Shown: piece by piece, positions 37,367 through 46,389 of the stretch
Layout: every line of letters begins with the position of its first letter
How positions within the stretch are numbered: the stretch's first letter is position 1
NCBI GenBank assembly: GCA_023244935.1
Contig: JAHFLJ010000001.1
Span: 13,327-77,326 of the forward strand
DNA: 64,000 nt
Direction: 5' to 3'
From: Candidatus Liptonbacteria bacterium
Lineage (GTDB): Bacteria; Patescibacteriota; Minisyncoccia; UBA6257; 2-01-FULL-56-20
The notes under the pieces: generated by a model
The model's input: only the letters and a program-made list of their open reading frames with translations
The model's database searches: none
What the model was told of the DNA's origin: nothing
Position numbers and translations under genes: made by a program

Positions 37367-39067
37367 CTATATTTCCTCCGGCGATTCAATTCCCAAAAGC
37401 CCGAGCCCTTTTTTAATTACCGATGAAATTGAAGTAATAAGTGCCAGATATGCCTGCTTTTTCTTTTTATTCTCCTCTTTCAGAATATGAGTAGTTTCGT
37501 AAAATTTATTCGCCAAAACTGCCAATGAGAATAAATAACCGGCTAAATTATTTGTATATAACGTTTCAGCGCTCTTTTTTATTTCCTCAGGAAAATCCAA
37601 AAGTTTTTTAATCAAATTCAACTCGAGGTCTTTGTCCAGCATCGTAAAATCTACATTCGAAATTTTTCCCCCTTTCTTTATTATCCTGCTAAGTCTTGCC
37701 CTGGTGTATTGCAAATACGGAGCGCTGTTGCCGGAGAAATCCAGCATCCGATTCCAATCGAAAACAATATCGGAGTTTCTGTTCTCTTTAAGATCATTAT
37801 ATTTAAGCGCGCCGATTCCGATTGCCTTGGCTATCTTTTTCCTCTTCACGGCGGATAAATTCATATTCTTTTTAGTAATTGCGTCTTCCGCTAAAACCAA
37901 AATTTTAGCGATTAATTCCGAAAGTTGTATGGCGCGTCCCTCTCGAGTAGAAAGTTTTTTACGATCCTCGCCTAACACTAAACCAAACTTGGCATGCCGC
38001 AATTCTGCGCCGTCGATACCCATTTTTTTAGCGACCGCGAACATCTGCTCAAAATGCAAAGTCTGCTCATTCGCCACCACGTAAATAATCTGCTCCGGCT
38101 TATATTTTTTGTTCCTATCTCGAACACTCGCTAAATCCCTTGTTAAATAAAGGCTCGCACCGTCTGACTTCGCAACCAACGCCACCGGCAAGCCTTGCTC
38201 AGCCAAATCAACAACCAAAGCGCCTTCGCTCAAAGTGGCGATGCCTTTCTTTTTCATCTCAGAGATTATCGGCGCCATCTGTTGCTCGTAGGCGCTCTCC
38301 CCAACCCAAACGTCAAAGTCTATCCCAAGCAATTTGTACACTTTTTTGAATTCTTTAAGAGACTCCTCTCTAAACCATTTCCAAAGAGCCCGGTTTTCTT
38401 TGTCGCCTCTCTCCAATTTATTAAACTCTTCTCTGCCTTTATCGTCCAGCAACGCATCCGTTTTTACCCGATCGTGAAAGTAAACGTATAATCTCAATAA
38501 TTCTTCAATTGGATTCTTCTTTACTGCCGACTTATTTCCCCAAGTCTTATACGCATAAATTAGTTTTCCGAATTGAGTTCCCCAATCTCCTAAATAATTC
38601 CAGCGGATTACTTTATATCCGCACTCCTCCAGTATGTTCGCCAAGGCATCGCCGATAATCGTCGAGCGCAAATGTCCGACATGCATTTTCTTGGCAATGT
38701 TCGGCTGAGAATATTCCACAATAACCTTCTTGCCTTTCCCGGAGCTCAACTTACCGTATTTATTTTTTTCTTTATATATATTTTTAAGCTCCGCCTGTAA
38801 TGTTTTCGGAGAAAGATAGAAATTAACAAATCCCGGACCGGCAACTTCTATCTTAGAAAAAAACCCTTTCGGCGCGGCTATCTCTAGGCTTGCTACTAAT
38901 TCCCTCCCAACCTCCTGTGGATTTTTACCCTGTTCTTTTGCCAACCTCATAGCCACATTCGTAGAATAATGTCCAAGTGTTGGATTCTCGGTACTCGAAA
39001 TCTCCGCTCCTGAAATTTCCGGAAGTTGCGACTCAACCAATTTTTTTATTTTTTCCTTTATTCTCAT
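37367..39067 (-). CDS. argS: Arginine--tRNA ligase
   Basis: Motifs VEYSQPNIAK.MHVGHLRS, GDWGTQFG and GNSAPYLQY. Confidence 0.97.
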   Translation of the reverse strand: MRIKEKIKKLVESQLPEISGAEISSTENPTLGHYSTNVAMRLAKEQGKNPQEVGRELVASLEIAAPKGFFSKIEVAGPGFVNFYLSPKTLQAELKNIYKEKNKYGKLSSGKGKKVIVEYSQPNIAKKMHVGHLRSTIIGDALANILEECGYKVIRWNYLGDWGTQFGKLIYAYKTWGNKSAVKKNPIEELLRLYVYFHDRVKTDALLDDKGREEFNKLERGDKENRALWKWFREESLKEFKKVYKLLGIDFDVWVGESAYEQQMAPIISEMKKKGIATLSEGALVVDLAEQGLPVALVAKSDGASLYLTRDLASVRDRNKKYKPEQIIYVVANEQTLHFEQMFAVAKKMGIDGAELRHAKFGLVLGEDRKKLSTREGRAIQLSELIAKILVLAEDAITKKNMNLSAVKRKKIAKAIGIGALKYNDLKENRNSDIVFDWNRMLDFSGNSAPYLQYTRARLSRIIKKGGKISNVDFTMLDKDLELNLIKKLLDFPEEIKKSAETLYTNNLAGYLFSLAVLANKFYETTHILKEENKKKKQAYLALITSISSVIKKGLGLLGIESPEEI

Positions 39068-39380
39068 TTGACAATAATTACAAAGTATTTATTATATAAA
39101 TTACCTCGGCTGATGCCACGGCCGAAAATCGGGTCCCGCCAAGAGAATTCTGCCGAAACACCGCTCGAACCCTCTTATTCTCACCGGCAATCCCACCTCT
39201 TACGCCCGATCCCCATTGGCAACCCCCGCGGCGAGGACACCCTCGCCGCCTTTTCTTTAGAATATCACCTCTTCGTGGTCACAACAAATTTGCCTTCTTG
39301 GCGGAACGGTATTAATTATCAGCAATAAGTCATTGGTCATTGGTTATCGGTGACCAGTTGTTTTATGTTATTCTAAATAC

Positions 39381-39818
39381 ATGTCCATTATCGCCGAAAA
39401 TCGCAAAGCCCACTTCGACTATATTATAGAAGAAACCATAGAAGCAGGCATCAAACTGCTTGGTTTTGAAGTTAAAAGCGCCAAACACGGTAAACTCGAG
39501 CTCGCCGGAAGCTACGTGATTATTCGTGGCGGAGAGGCCTGGCTGATAAATTCAAAAATTGCCCCGGAACAACCCAAAAATGCCCCTGCAGATTATGAAC
39601 CATCCCATATCCGCAAACTACTTTTAAATAAAAAGGAGATCTCTCGGCTCGCCGGCGTATTAGATCAAAAAACATATTCTGCAGTAGGCCTCTCGGCAAA
39701 AGTAAAAAAGAATTTAATTAAAATCGAAATCGGAGTTGGGCGCTCGAAGAAAAAATCCGACAAACGTGAAACTATTAAAAAACGAGAGACTTTAAGAGAA
39801 ATTCGAAGAGAGGTTTAG
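39381..39818 (+). CDS. smpB: SsrA-binding protein
   Basis: Motifs IAENRKA.FDY, EAGIKL.G.EVKS, RKLLL and DKRETIK. Confidence 0.96.
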   Translation: MSIIAENRKAHFDYIIEETIEAGIKLLGFEVKSAKHGKLELAGSYVIIRGGEAWLINSKIAPEQPKNAPADYEPSHIRKLLLNKKEISRLAGVLDQKTYSAVGLSAKVKKNLIKIEIGVGRSKKKSDKRETIKKRETLREIRREV

Positions 39819-39895
39819 TCCTTTATTTTTTGAACTTCGAAACTCACCTTCGCTGGATTTGTCAATAACACACTTTTGTGTTATTATTCAAACAC

Positions 39896-40261
39896 GGGGA
39901 TGATGGGCTTCGCCGAGAGACGGAGAGCTTCCCTGCGAGCCGAGCGCAATCTCGCAAATCTTGCACAAACTACTAACTGCCAACTTTAAAGTTGCAGCTC
40001 CTGCCTACGCCTACGCGTAACGCACGGGGATCTCCTGCCTGATTTATCACGCAAGAGGATCGGCTAGCCTTTGCCCTTTGGGTTAATACCGGTCTTATAT
40101 AAAAGGACTACTTCGCGAAGAGGCGACACGACTCTCGCGGATAAAAAATCGTGTCGTCCTGATCAAAAATCAGAACCGTTTCAAATTTATTTTTGAAACT
40201 ACGCTCGTAGACGGGCTGTCTTTGCCCCTTTCGCACGAGGGTTCAACTCCCTCCATCTCCA
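39896..40261 (+). ncRNA. ssrA: tmRNA
   Basis: Acceptor stem GGGGAUG/CAUCUCC-A with a G3.U pair; T-arm GAGGG-UUCAACU-CCCUC; tag frame 39979-40020 reads ANFKVAAPAYAYA*; directly downstream of smpB. Confidence 0.95.
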
Positions 40262-40302
40262 CAAACAAAAACACCGACCATGAAGGTTGGTGTTTTTGTT
40301 TG
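40262..40302. terminator. Terminator after tmRNA
   Basis: CAAACAAAAACACCGACC-atgaa-GGTTGGTGTTTTTGTTTG. Confidence 0.8.
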
Positions 40303-40376
40303 CGAAATTAGGGGAGGGATTTAAACGGAAAGGCATCTTGCGCTAAAAAGTCCCGCGAGACGTTATTCTCCCCACC

Positions 40377-41999
40377 CTACGATACAATTGAAACCAATAG
40401 CGCGCTCAAAACAAGAAACACAAAAAAGAGAAGGAATATATAATTCTCTTGGTATGGTCTCCTGGTTGCAAACCTATACGCCAAAAAACCTGAAGGTAAT
40501 CCCAAAAAATATAAATAATAGTTAGAAAAGAAAATTGGCACCAGCAAAAAACTTAACCCCAATAGAGCTCCGGTTATTTCTACTCCGCGCGCGCCAAGAA
40601 TAACGGGAAGCGTCATTATGCCCCCGGCCCGATCTCCATCCACGTCTTTAATATCTCGCATATTTGACGCCAACGTCATCATGACAATCACCCCATAAAT
40701 TAAAATCGCCGGAAACGCGCTGAATTTTTTGTCGCCGGAAATCCAAAAGAATCCGGACAAAATTGTTGAAAGGCATGCGATAGATATGAGGAAAGAAGAC
40801 AAAATAGGAATCCTTTTAAGCCTATATGGATTCGCGGAATATACATAATAAGCAGAGGTAAAAACCAAAATCATAAAGAATGGATAGTATCCGACGGAAT
40901 AAGCTCCCAAAAGAGACGCCACGAACCAGATGTAACCAAGTTCCTTCATCTCCTCTTTACTCATTTCTCCGCTAATCAAAGGCCGAGATGGATTCGATAT
41001 CGCGTCGATTGAGATATCCTCTTTATCATTCACATGTATCGCAAAAAAACATGCCAAAATCCAAGAAGTCACAAGACACAAAACGCCTAAAACATCTACC
41101 CAGCTAAAATTTTTAATTGTTGCTTGAGCGCCGGCAACCAAAACTCCGACCCCAAGAAGACTGATATAAAAAGCTAAGCGTTCCGGCCTGGAATTTTTAA
41201 AAACCGCTAAAAATTTACTTTTTTGCTCCTTCCAAAAAATAATTAAGAAAAAAATCAGGGATATTAAAAACAGAATCTGAGAAGAAAATTTATTGAACCC
41301 AAGTTCATAAGCTCCGGTATATGTTTTTGTAGACAATGAACCGCCCAAAGCGTTTTCCGGAATTAAAGACGCATCTATTATTTTTTCGATGTACACGCTT
41401 ACTCCTGACCCTCCCGCCTCAACGTAGCCGGCCGGACTTGCCACCAGATAAACGATACTTGGAAAAGATCCGAGAATAAAAATCAGTATATAAGAGAAAA
41501 GCACGGAACCAATCGTTGCGGAAATTTTCTTTCGCTTAGTCCAAACGTAATAGCCTATAAACACTAAAATTAAAAATATCTCCACCTTCATCCCGAGGGT
41601 CACTCCTTTCGCAAAACCGAAAAACGACAAAAAACTATAAAGCAACTCTTTCGGAACCTTGAAAATATACATCATTCTTGCTCCGGCCGCCCCGCTAGTT
41701 AAAAGATCTACAAGCGGCGGTAGCCAAATAATCGGTAATCCGAAAAATAAAATATTCATCACCGAACCGCTACCTCCGGCGAAAAATTTAACCACCAAGA
41801 AAAGCCCGAGAGCGGCTGCAAGATAAAATAATCCGTAATGAACCAGCGTTCCCCCGTCCACCGTCATATATCCGGAATTTGAAGGGCTAGACATAAACTC
41901 CAAAAAAAACCTTATAAAAACCACGCCGGTAAACCCGGCCATCCACCCCAGAACAGAAGTGTGAGCTTTTTCAATGGTAGAAATAATTTTATTCAACAT
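40377..41999 (-). CDS. UbiA-family prenyltransferase with an extra N-terminal membrane domain
   Basis: Asp-rich motifs NDKEDISIDAISNPSRP and RDIKDVDGD; YVYS..PYRLKR; many TM segments. Confidence 0.82.
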   Translation of the reverse strand: MLNKIISTIEKAHTSVLGWMAGFTGVVFIRFFLEFMSSPSNSGYMTVDGGTLVHYGLFYLAAALGLFLVVKFFAGGSGSVMNILFFGLPIIWLPPLVDLLTSGAAGARMMYIFKVPKELLYSFLSFFGFAKGVTLGMKVEIFLILVFIGYYVWTKRKKISATIGSVLFSYILIFILGSFPSIVYLVASPAGYVEAGGSGVSVYIEKIIDASLIPENALGGSLSTKTYTGAYELGFNKFSSQILFLISLIFFLIIFWKEQKSKFLAVFKNSRPERLAFYISLLGVGVLVAGAQATIKNFSWVDVLGVLCLVTSWILACFFAIHVNDKEDISIDAISNPSRPLISGEMSKEEMKELGYIWFVASLLGAYSVGYYPFFMILVFTSAYYVYSANPYRLKRIPILSSFLISIACLSTILSGFFWISGDKKFSAFPAILIYGVIVMMTLASNMRDIKDVDGDRAGGIMTLPVILGARGVEITGALLGLSFLLVPIFFSNYYLYFLGLPSGFLAYRFATRRPYQENYIFLLFFVFLVLSALLVSIVS

Positions 42000-42045
42000 C
42001 TATCTTATTATAGTATTATTTGCGAAAATATAAACATTATAACCC

Positions 42046-42082
42046 AACTAAAAAATCGCCCCTCACAGGCGATTTTTTAGTT
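42046..42082 (-). terminator. Intrinsic terminator
   Basis: AACTAAAAAATCGCC-cctcaca-GGCGATTTTTTAGTT. Confidence 0.75.
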
Positions 42083-42097
42083 TGCATTTATCGAAGT

Positions 42098-42631
42098 TTA
42101 TGTAGTTAATTGTTTTTCTTTCCGCGAGCCGAAAACTGCAAGCGCGACCGCGGCGAGCAATAAAACGATTCCTATCAACTTTCTTGGCCAGACTGTCGCC
42201 CAAAGAGAAGCCAGCGCGCCTTTCTTAGCTTGGTTGTCACTCTCAGTTTGATTGCCGGAGCCTAAAGCCTCTTCGGAAACAGAAATATTATTCGCTTCCT
42301 GTGAATATAAACTCCCGGTGCCGGGATAATTCCCTGCCGAGCCATTACCGCCCGCCATATAGAGGTTCACGGCCGAAAGGCTTGATCCCAAAGAAGATAA
42401 CGCTTTAGATATCACTATTTTCTTCTCGCCGGAAAGTTCGTTTCTGGCAATCTTCGCTTCTATGTCTTTTAAAACCAAACCGATAACATCCAAAGTTTGT
42501 TTTAAAATCTTAGCCTCGGCCGGAGAAATCTCCGAACCGGAACCGACTACCTCGGCTTTCGCCTGCGGAACAAAAACAACTCCTCCTATAAAAACTAGAC
42601 CGATAAATGCAAATATAGTTATTTTTTTCAT
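42098..42631 (-). CDS. Secreted, C-terminally anchored hypothetical protein
   Basis: Signal peptide MKKITIF...AKA; C-terminal TM helix and basic tail. Confidence 0.7.
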   Translation of the reverse strand: MKKITIFAFIGLVFIGGVVFVPQAKAEVVGSGSEISPAEAKILKQTLDVIGLVLKDIEAKIARNELSGEKKIVISKALSSLGSSLSAVNLYMAGGNGSAGNYPGTGSLYSQEANNISVSEEALGSGNQTESDNQAKKGALASLWATVWPRKLIGIVLLLAAVALAVFGSRKEKQLTT

Positions 42632-42800
42632 GTATATTTGTTTTTTTCGGTCGACGTTTATGCAAATCAAAGAGCTAATACTGATTAAAATAATGCATCC
42701 CCGAAGAAGTTCTTGCAAGCCCCGCGACTGCTTTCTCTTACCTTGTATTCTAAATTCTATTTTCTAGGTTCTATTTTCTATCCACGTTATAATTCCTCCT

Positions 42801-43346
42801 ATGAGTGTTTTTTATACCGGAAAAGGAGATGGCGGGGAAAGCCTTCTTTGGGACAATAAAAAAATAGATAAGTCCTCAAAGGAGGTTGAATTATTGGGCA
42901 ACTTAGACGAACTAAATAGCACCTTAGGGATAATTAGAAGTATGGCAAATAAAAATTTAGCGAAGCGACTACTGGAAATCCAGCAGAATATATTTTCAAT
43001 CCAGGCGAATATTTTTTATATAATCATTAATAGAAAAAAAGAGGCACCAAAATTCGAATCCGAAAAAACAACCAATCTCGAAAAAGAAATTGCGGAAATC
43101 GAAAAATTATTCCCGCCACAAAAGAAATTTATCATTCCCGGAGAATCCCCTCTTCCCGCCTGGCTGGATTTAGCAAGAACCACCACGAGAAAAGTAGAAC
43201 GGTCCGCTTTCGTTTTCAATAAAACAAAAAAAATCCCCAAGGAAATTCTTTCATATTTGAATCGCCTCTCCAGCCTCTTTTTCGCAATGGCGCGACAAGA
43301 AGCGAGAGTTGAGGGGGTGAGAGAAAACAATCCTCAGTATAAATAA
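42801..43346 (+). CDS. PduO-type cob(I)alamin adenosyltransferase
   Basis: Motifs YTGKGDGG, GNLDELNS, ARTTTRKVER and YLNRLSSLFFAMAR. Confidence 0.9.
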   Translation: MSVFYTGKGDGGESLLWDNKKIDKSSKEVELLGNLDELNSTLGIIRSMANKNLAKRLLEIQQNIFSIQANIFYIIINRKKEAPKFESEKTTNLEKEIAEIEKLFPPQKKFIIPGESPLPAWLDLARTTTRKVERSAFVFNKTKKIPKEILSYLNRLSSLFFAMARQEARVEGVRENNPQYK

Positions 43347-43364
43347 AATGCCCCATAATTGGGG

Positions 43365-43775
43365 CTAAAGCAAAGAGCTAATAGGCAGAGGATCCTCGGA
43401 AGCATCCATCAGATTTACTCTTCGGACAAACTCCTCAAAATTGACCGGAGCTCCAAGTCTCCATCTGAGACTGAGCGTCCTAAGAAGAAAGTTTCTCTCG
43501 TCCGGCGGAAAAGCCACCGGAGATTCGTCATAGTAGGTTTTCATATATCTGAATATCCCAAGAAAATACTCCTCCTCTTCCCTGGAAAGAATCTGAACGC
43601 CGAGCCGTTCTGCAAGAAAAGATTTACTGATGACAAGTCTGTCGTTTCCTTTCTCGCCGAACATCAATGAAAAAAACAAATTCATTTTCTGTTGATAGAC
43701 TTCTATCTCCGTATCCGTTATTACCTTCACGGCTGCGGCTTTCTGAATGTCGGGATCGTCTCGAATTTCCTGCAC
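43365..43775 (-). CDS. Orphan hypothetical protein
   Basis: 136-aa ORF with SD AAGGAG before GTG and a promoter-like TTGAAT...TAGAAT upstream. Confidence 0.6.
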   Translation of the reverse strand: MQEIRDDPDIQKAAAVKVITDTEIEVYQQKMNLFFSLMFGEKGNDRLVISKSFLAERLGVQILSREEEEYFLGIFRYMKTYYDESPVAFPPDERNFLLRTLSLRWRLGAPVNFEEFVRRVNLMDASEDPLPISSLL

Positions 43776-43850
43776 TTCTCTCTCCTTATTTTTTTGCGAA
43801 GAACTGAGGTAGATTCTATACCATTTACAAGAATATTCAATACTCCCGAG

Positions 43851-44153
43851 TTAAGATTTTGTAATTTTTTTAATAACAGCGTCTACAAATAAACGGAAGG
43901 CTGGCCGTTTTTCTTTTTTGTAGATTATTTTCGCTCCTAACAGATGCTCTTTTTTACAGCTCAACATCTTATTATTAATAGGAACATCGGGCTTGGTTAT
44001 GCGATCAAGATACATCCTTCTTAAATTCCCCGGTCCATCCTTTTGATAAAAACAAATAAAACCTCTGCATTTTTCGCAAGAAATCTCCAATAAACGAGAG
44101 TATCCTCCTCTTTTGTTTCTATATTTATCGTTTTTTAAAACAGACTTCCTCAT
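43851..44153 (-). CDS. Hypothetical protein, possible Zn ribbon
   Basis: CEKC and YQKDGPGNLRRMYLDRI; ATG lies 6 nt after TATACT. Confidence 0.7.
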   Translation of the reverse strand: MRKSVLKNDKYRNKRGGYSRLLEISCEKCRGFICFYQKDGPGNLRRMYLDRITKPDVPINNKMLSCKKEHLLGAKIIYKKEKRPAFRLFVDAVIKKITKS

Positions 44154-44273
44154 AAATTTAGTATAATCACAACCTCAGAATTAACAAATTGAGTCCCTTG
44201 GGCGAGGACTCCGACCCCAACTCCTCCCACCTGTCGAGCAAATTAATTTCTGAGATTCTAGGAATTTTTCCTA

Positions 44274-44433
44274 CCACCAGCGAGCCCCTCCAATTTTAAA
44301 GGGGTATAGCGGAATTATTTTCAGCTTGTTCTCCCGCTTTAGCGGGAGTGAAAATAATGAGCTATAGGTGCCTCTCCTGCTAGAAGGAGAGGACTCCGAC
44401 CCCTTAAAATTCGGAGGGCGAGCCGCTTTGACA
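44274..44433 (+). repeat. Promoter-abutting structured element, copy C (fragments at 44191-44260)
   Basis: Outer stem CCCTCCAATTTTAA(A)GGGG/CCCCTTAAAATT(C)GGAGGG; inner stem ATTATTTTC/GAAAATAAT; ends GAGC-cgct-TTGACA, then 17 nt, then TATGAT. Confidence 0.8.
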
Positions 44434-44487
44434 GGAACCCCCAAAAATCTTATGATTAGCCAATAAAAGCCTGCGCGAAAGCGCCCA

Positions 44488-45003
44488 ATTCCCATAAAGA
44501 ACGTAAGAATAAACAATCAAATAATCGCACCGGAGGTCAGAGTTATTGATGCTGAAGGAAAGAATCTCGGCGTTTTACCAACAAGCGAAGCCCTTAAACT
44601 TGCCCCGCACGGATCCGGACTCGATTTAATTGAAATCTCTCCAACCGCCAAACCTCCGGTCGCCAGAATAATGAGCTTCGACAAATATCGCTATGAGCAG
44701 GAGAAAGTTGAGAAAAAGCAAAGGCAAGCCAATAAAAACACCGGAATTAAACACGTTCAGATTAGTGCCAGGTCCGCCCAAAATGACTTGCAGGTTAAAC
44801 TCGCCCGCTTGGAAGAGTTTATGAGCGAAGGCCATCCGATTGAGATAGTTATGCGTCTCAAGGGACGCGAAAAAGCCAACAAAGAATTTGCCGGCAAAAA
44901 ACTCACGGAATTTATGGGTATGATTAAAACCGAATACAAAATCATCTCCCCTCCAAAATATGCCGGCAACGGTTTTTCCGCCCAAATTACCAAAAAGGAA
45001 TAG
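44488..45003 (+). CDS. infC: Translation initiation factor IF-3, probable ATT start
   Basis: The frame extends upstream of the track ORF: RINNQI.APEVRVID...GLDLIEISPTAKPPVARIM. No ATG, GTG or TTG lies between the in-frame stop and this conserved region. Confidence 0.92.
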   Translation: MPIKNVRINNQIIAPEVRVIDAEGKNLGVLPTSEALKLAPHGSGLDLIEISPTAKPPVARIMSFDKYRYEQEKVEKKQRQANKNTGIKHVQISARSAQNDLQVKLARLEEFMSEGHPIEIVMRLKGREKANKEFAGKKLTEFMGMIKTEYKIISPPKYAGNGFSAQITKKE

Positions 45004-45053
45004 GTCCTTGCTTTTTCGGCAGATTTAAGTAGAATATAAAGCACTTCATAGAT

Positions 45054-45227
45054 ATGAAAAAAAGCGTAAGTAAAAGAATCAAAGTTACCAAAAACGGAAA
45101 GATTTTAAGGCGAGCTATGCGCATTAATCATTTTCGCACTCGAAAAACTACCAAGAACATAAAATCTAAAACTAAGATGTTCGGGTTAGACCATCCAACC
45201 AAAAAAATCTTAGCTACCGCTAAATAA
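45054..45227 (+). CDS. rpmI: 50S ribosomal protein L35
   Basis: MKKSVSKRIKVTKNGKILRR...NHF, 57 aa, between infC and rplT. Confidence 0.9.
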   Translation: MKKSVSKRIKVTKNGKILRRAMRINHFRTRKTTKNIKSKTKMFGLDHPTKKILATAK

Positions 45228-45231
45228 AAAC

Positions 45232-45579
45232 ATGCCAAGAGTAAAAAGAGGAACAACCGCCAACCGAAAAAGAGCTAAGGTTTTAAAACAAACCAAAGGT
45301 TTTCGTTGGAGCAGAAAATCTAAAGAAAGAGCGGCCAAAGAAGCCCTTCTTCACGCTCAAAGCCGAATGTTCAGGGGCCGGAAAGAGAAAAAACGAACCG
45401 CCAGAAACACTTGGAGCGTTAAGATTGGAGCTGCCTGCAAAGCCGAAGGAACATCTTATAGTAAATTAATCGGCGCTCTTAAAAAAGCGGAGATTAAATT
45501 GGACAGAAAAATACTCGCCGACCTTGCCCAAAACAATCCGGAAACATTCAAAGAAATCATCAAAAAAGCCACTTCCTAG
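45232..45579 (+). CDS. rplT: 50S ribosomal protein L20
   Basis: Motifs MPRVKRG, RKEKKR and LDRKILADLA. Confidence 0.97.
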   Translation: MPRVKRGTTANRKRAKVLKQTKGFRWSRKSKERAAKEALLHAQSRMFRGRKEKKRTARNTWSVKIGAACKAEGTSYSKLIGALKKAEIKLDRKILADLAQNNPETFKEIIKKATS

Positions 45580-46211
45580 GAAGTGGCTTTTTCTTCGGAC
45601 TTATGTATTGCCGGTGGATGCTCGTGAGATATCGGCTTTCTTAAAACAGGATGTCGATTCTGCGCTACCGAACGAACAACTCCCGAATGTGGATGACCTC
45701 CGGGTTGAGCTCTTCTTTTCTGCGCATTTTTAATAAAATCATTTGCCAACTTTAAAACTCTTTTTGTTCCGGCATATTGCTTCCCTACTGTTTTTAGCGC
45801 GTCATGATATAAAAACCAGGCAAACCCACTATGCTCCCGAGGAGAGATAGAGACATTCGCGCTCCTAGTTTCCGCTAAATACAGAATAACCGTATCGTGT
45901 ATTCTCTCCTTACCTCGGTCAAAATAAAATTTTTCGTATGCGCGAAATCCTGGGATTATTCTTAAATCCTCTTTTCCGATTCCTGTTTCTTCTTGCGTTT
46001 CCCTAAGTGCAGTGTCCAAGCTAGTCTCCCCAAGTTCAAAATGTCCTTTTGGAAAGTTCCAATATTGTCCCCTTCTGTAAAGAAGCAAATACTTTGGCCC
46101 ATCTTCGGTTCGTCTGAAAATAACAAACCCCGCCACTATCTGCTTCTTAATAGACATCTCGCGACGCTTAGCCGGTCCCTGATTTAAGGAAAATTCTTCT
46201 TTCCCTTGCAT
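45576..46211 (-). CDS. NUDIX hydrolase (Ap4A-hydrolase-like)
   Basis: Nudix box PKGHFELGETSLDTALRETQEETG. Alternative start at 46157. Confidence 0.9.
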   Translation of the reverse strand: MQGKEEFSLNQGPAKRREMSIKKQIVAGFVIFRRTEDGPKYLLLYRRGQYWNFPKGHFELGETSLDTALRETQEETGIGKEDLRIIPGFRAYEKFYFDRGKERIHDTVILYLAETRSANVSISPREHSGFAWFLYHDALKTVGKQYAGTKRVLKLANDFIKNAQKRRAQPGGHPHSGVVRSVAQNRHPVLRKPISHEHPPAIHKSEEKATS

Positions 46212-46389
46212 AGCTTAAGACTAGCAGATTGGAGGACTAAATCAAAATCACTAACGCGGGAAGCGTTAGTGCCGAGTACATTCCTTGTGCTCGGCTTATA
46301 TTAACCGCGAAAGCCAATAGCGACTAGCCACTAGAAATTAGTCGTTAATTTTATTTGTATAATTCGTAGAGATTCGTAATTTCATAACA

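Noticed and set aside
39026-39328. 100-aa plus-strand ORF
   Set aside because: It has a TTG start overlapping argS on the opposite strand and no recognisable motifs. Treated as non-coding.
40261-44230. Genomic island integrated at tmRNA
   Set aside because: There is no integrase, and the resemblance to the tmRNA 3' end near 44218 is too weak to call an att site.
44190-44430. RNase P RNA or a riboswitch
   Set aside because: It lacks the GAGGAAAGUCC and 3' P4 motifs, and it is instead a member of the four-copy element family.
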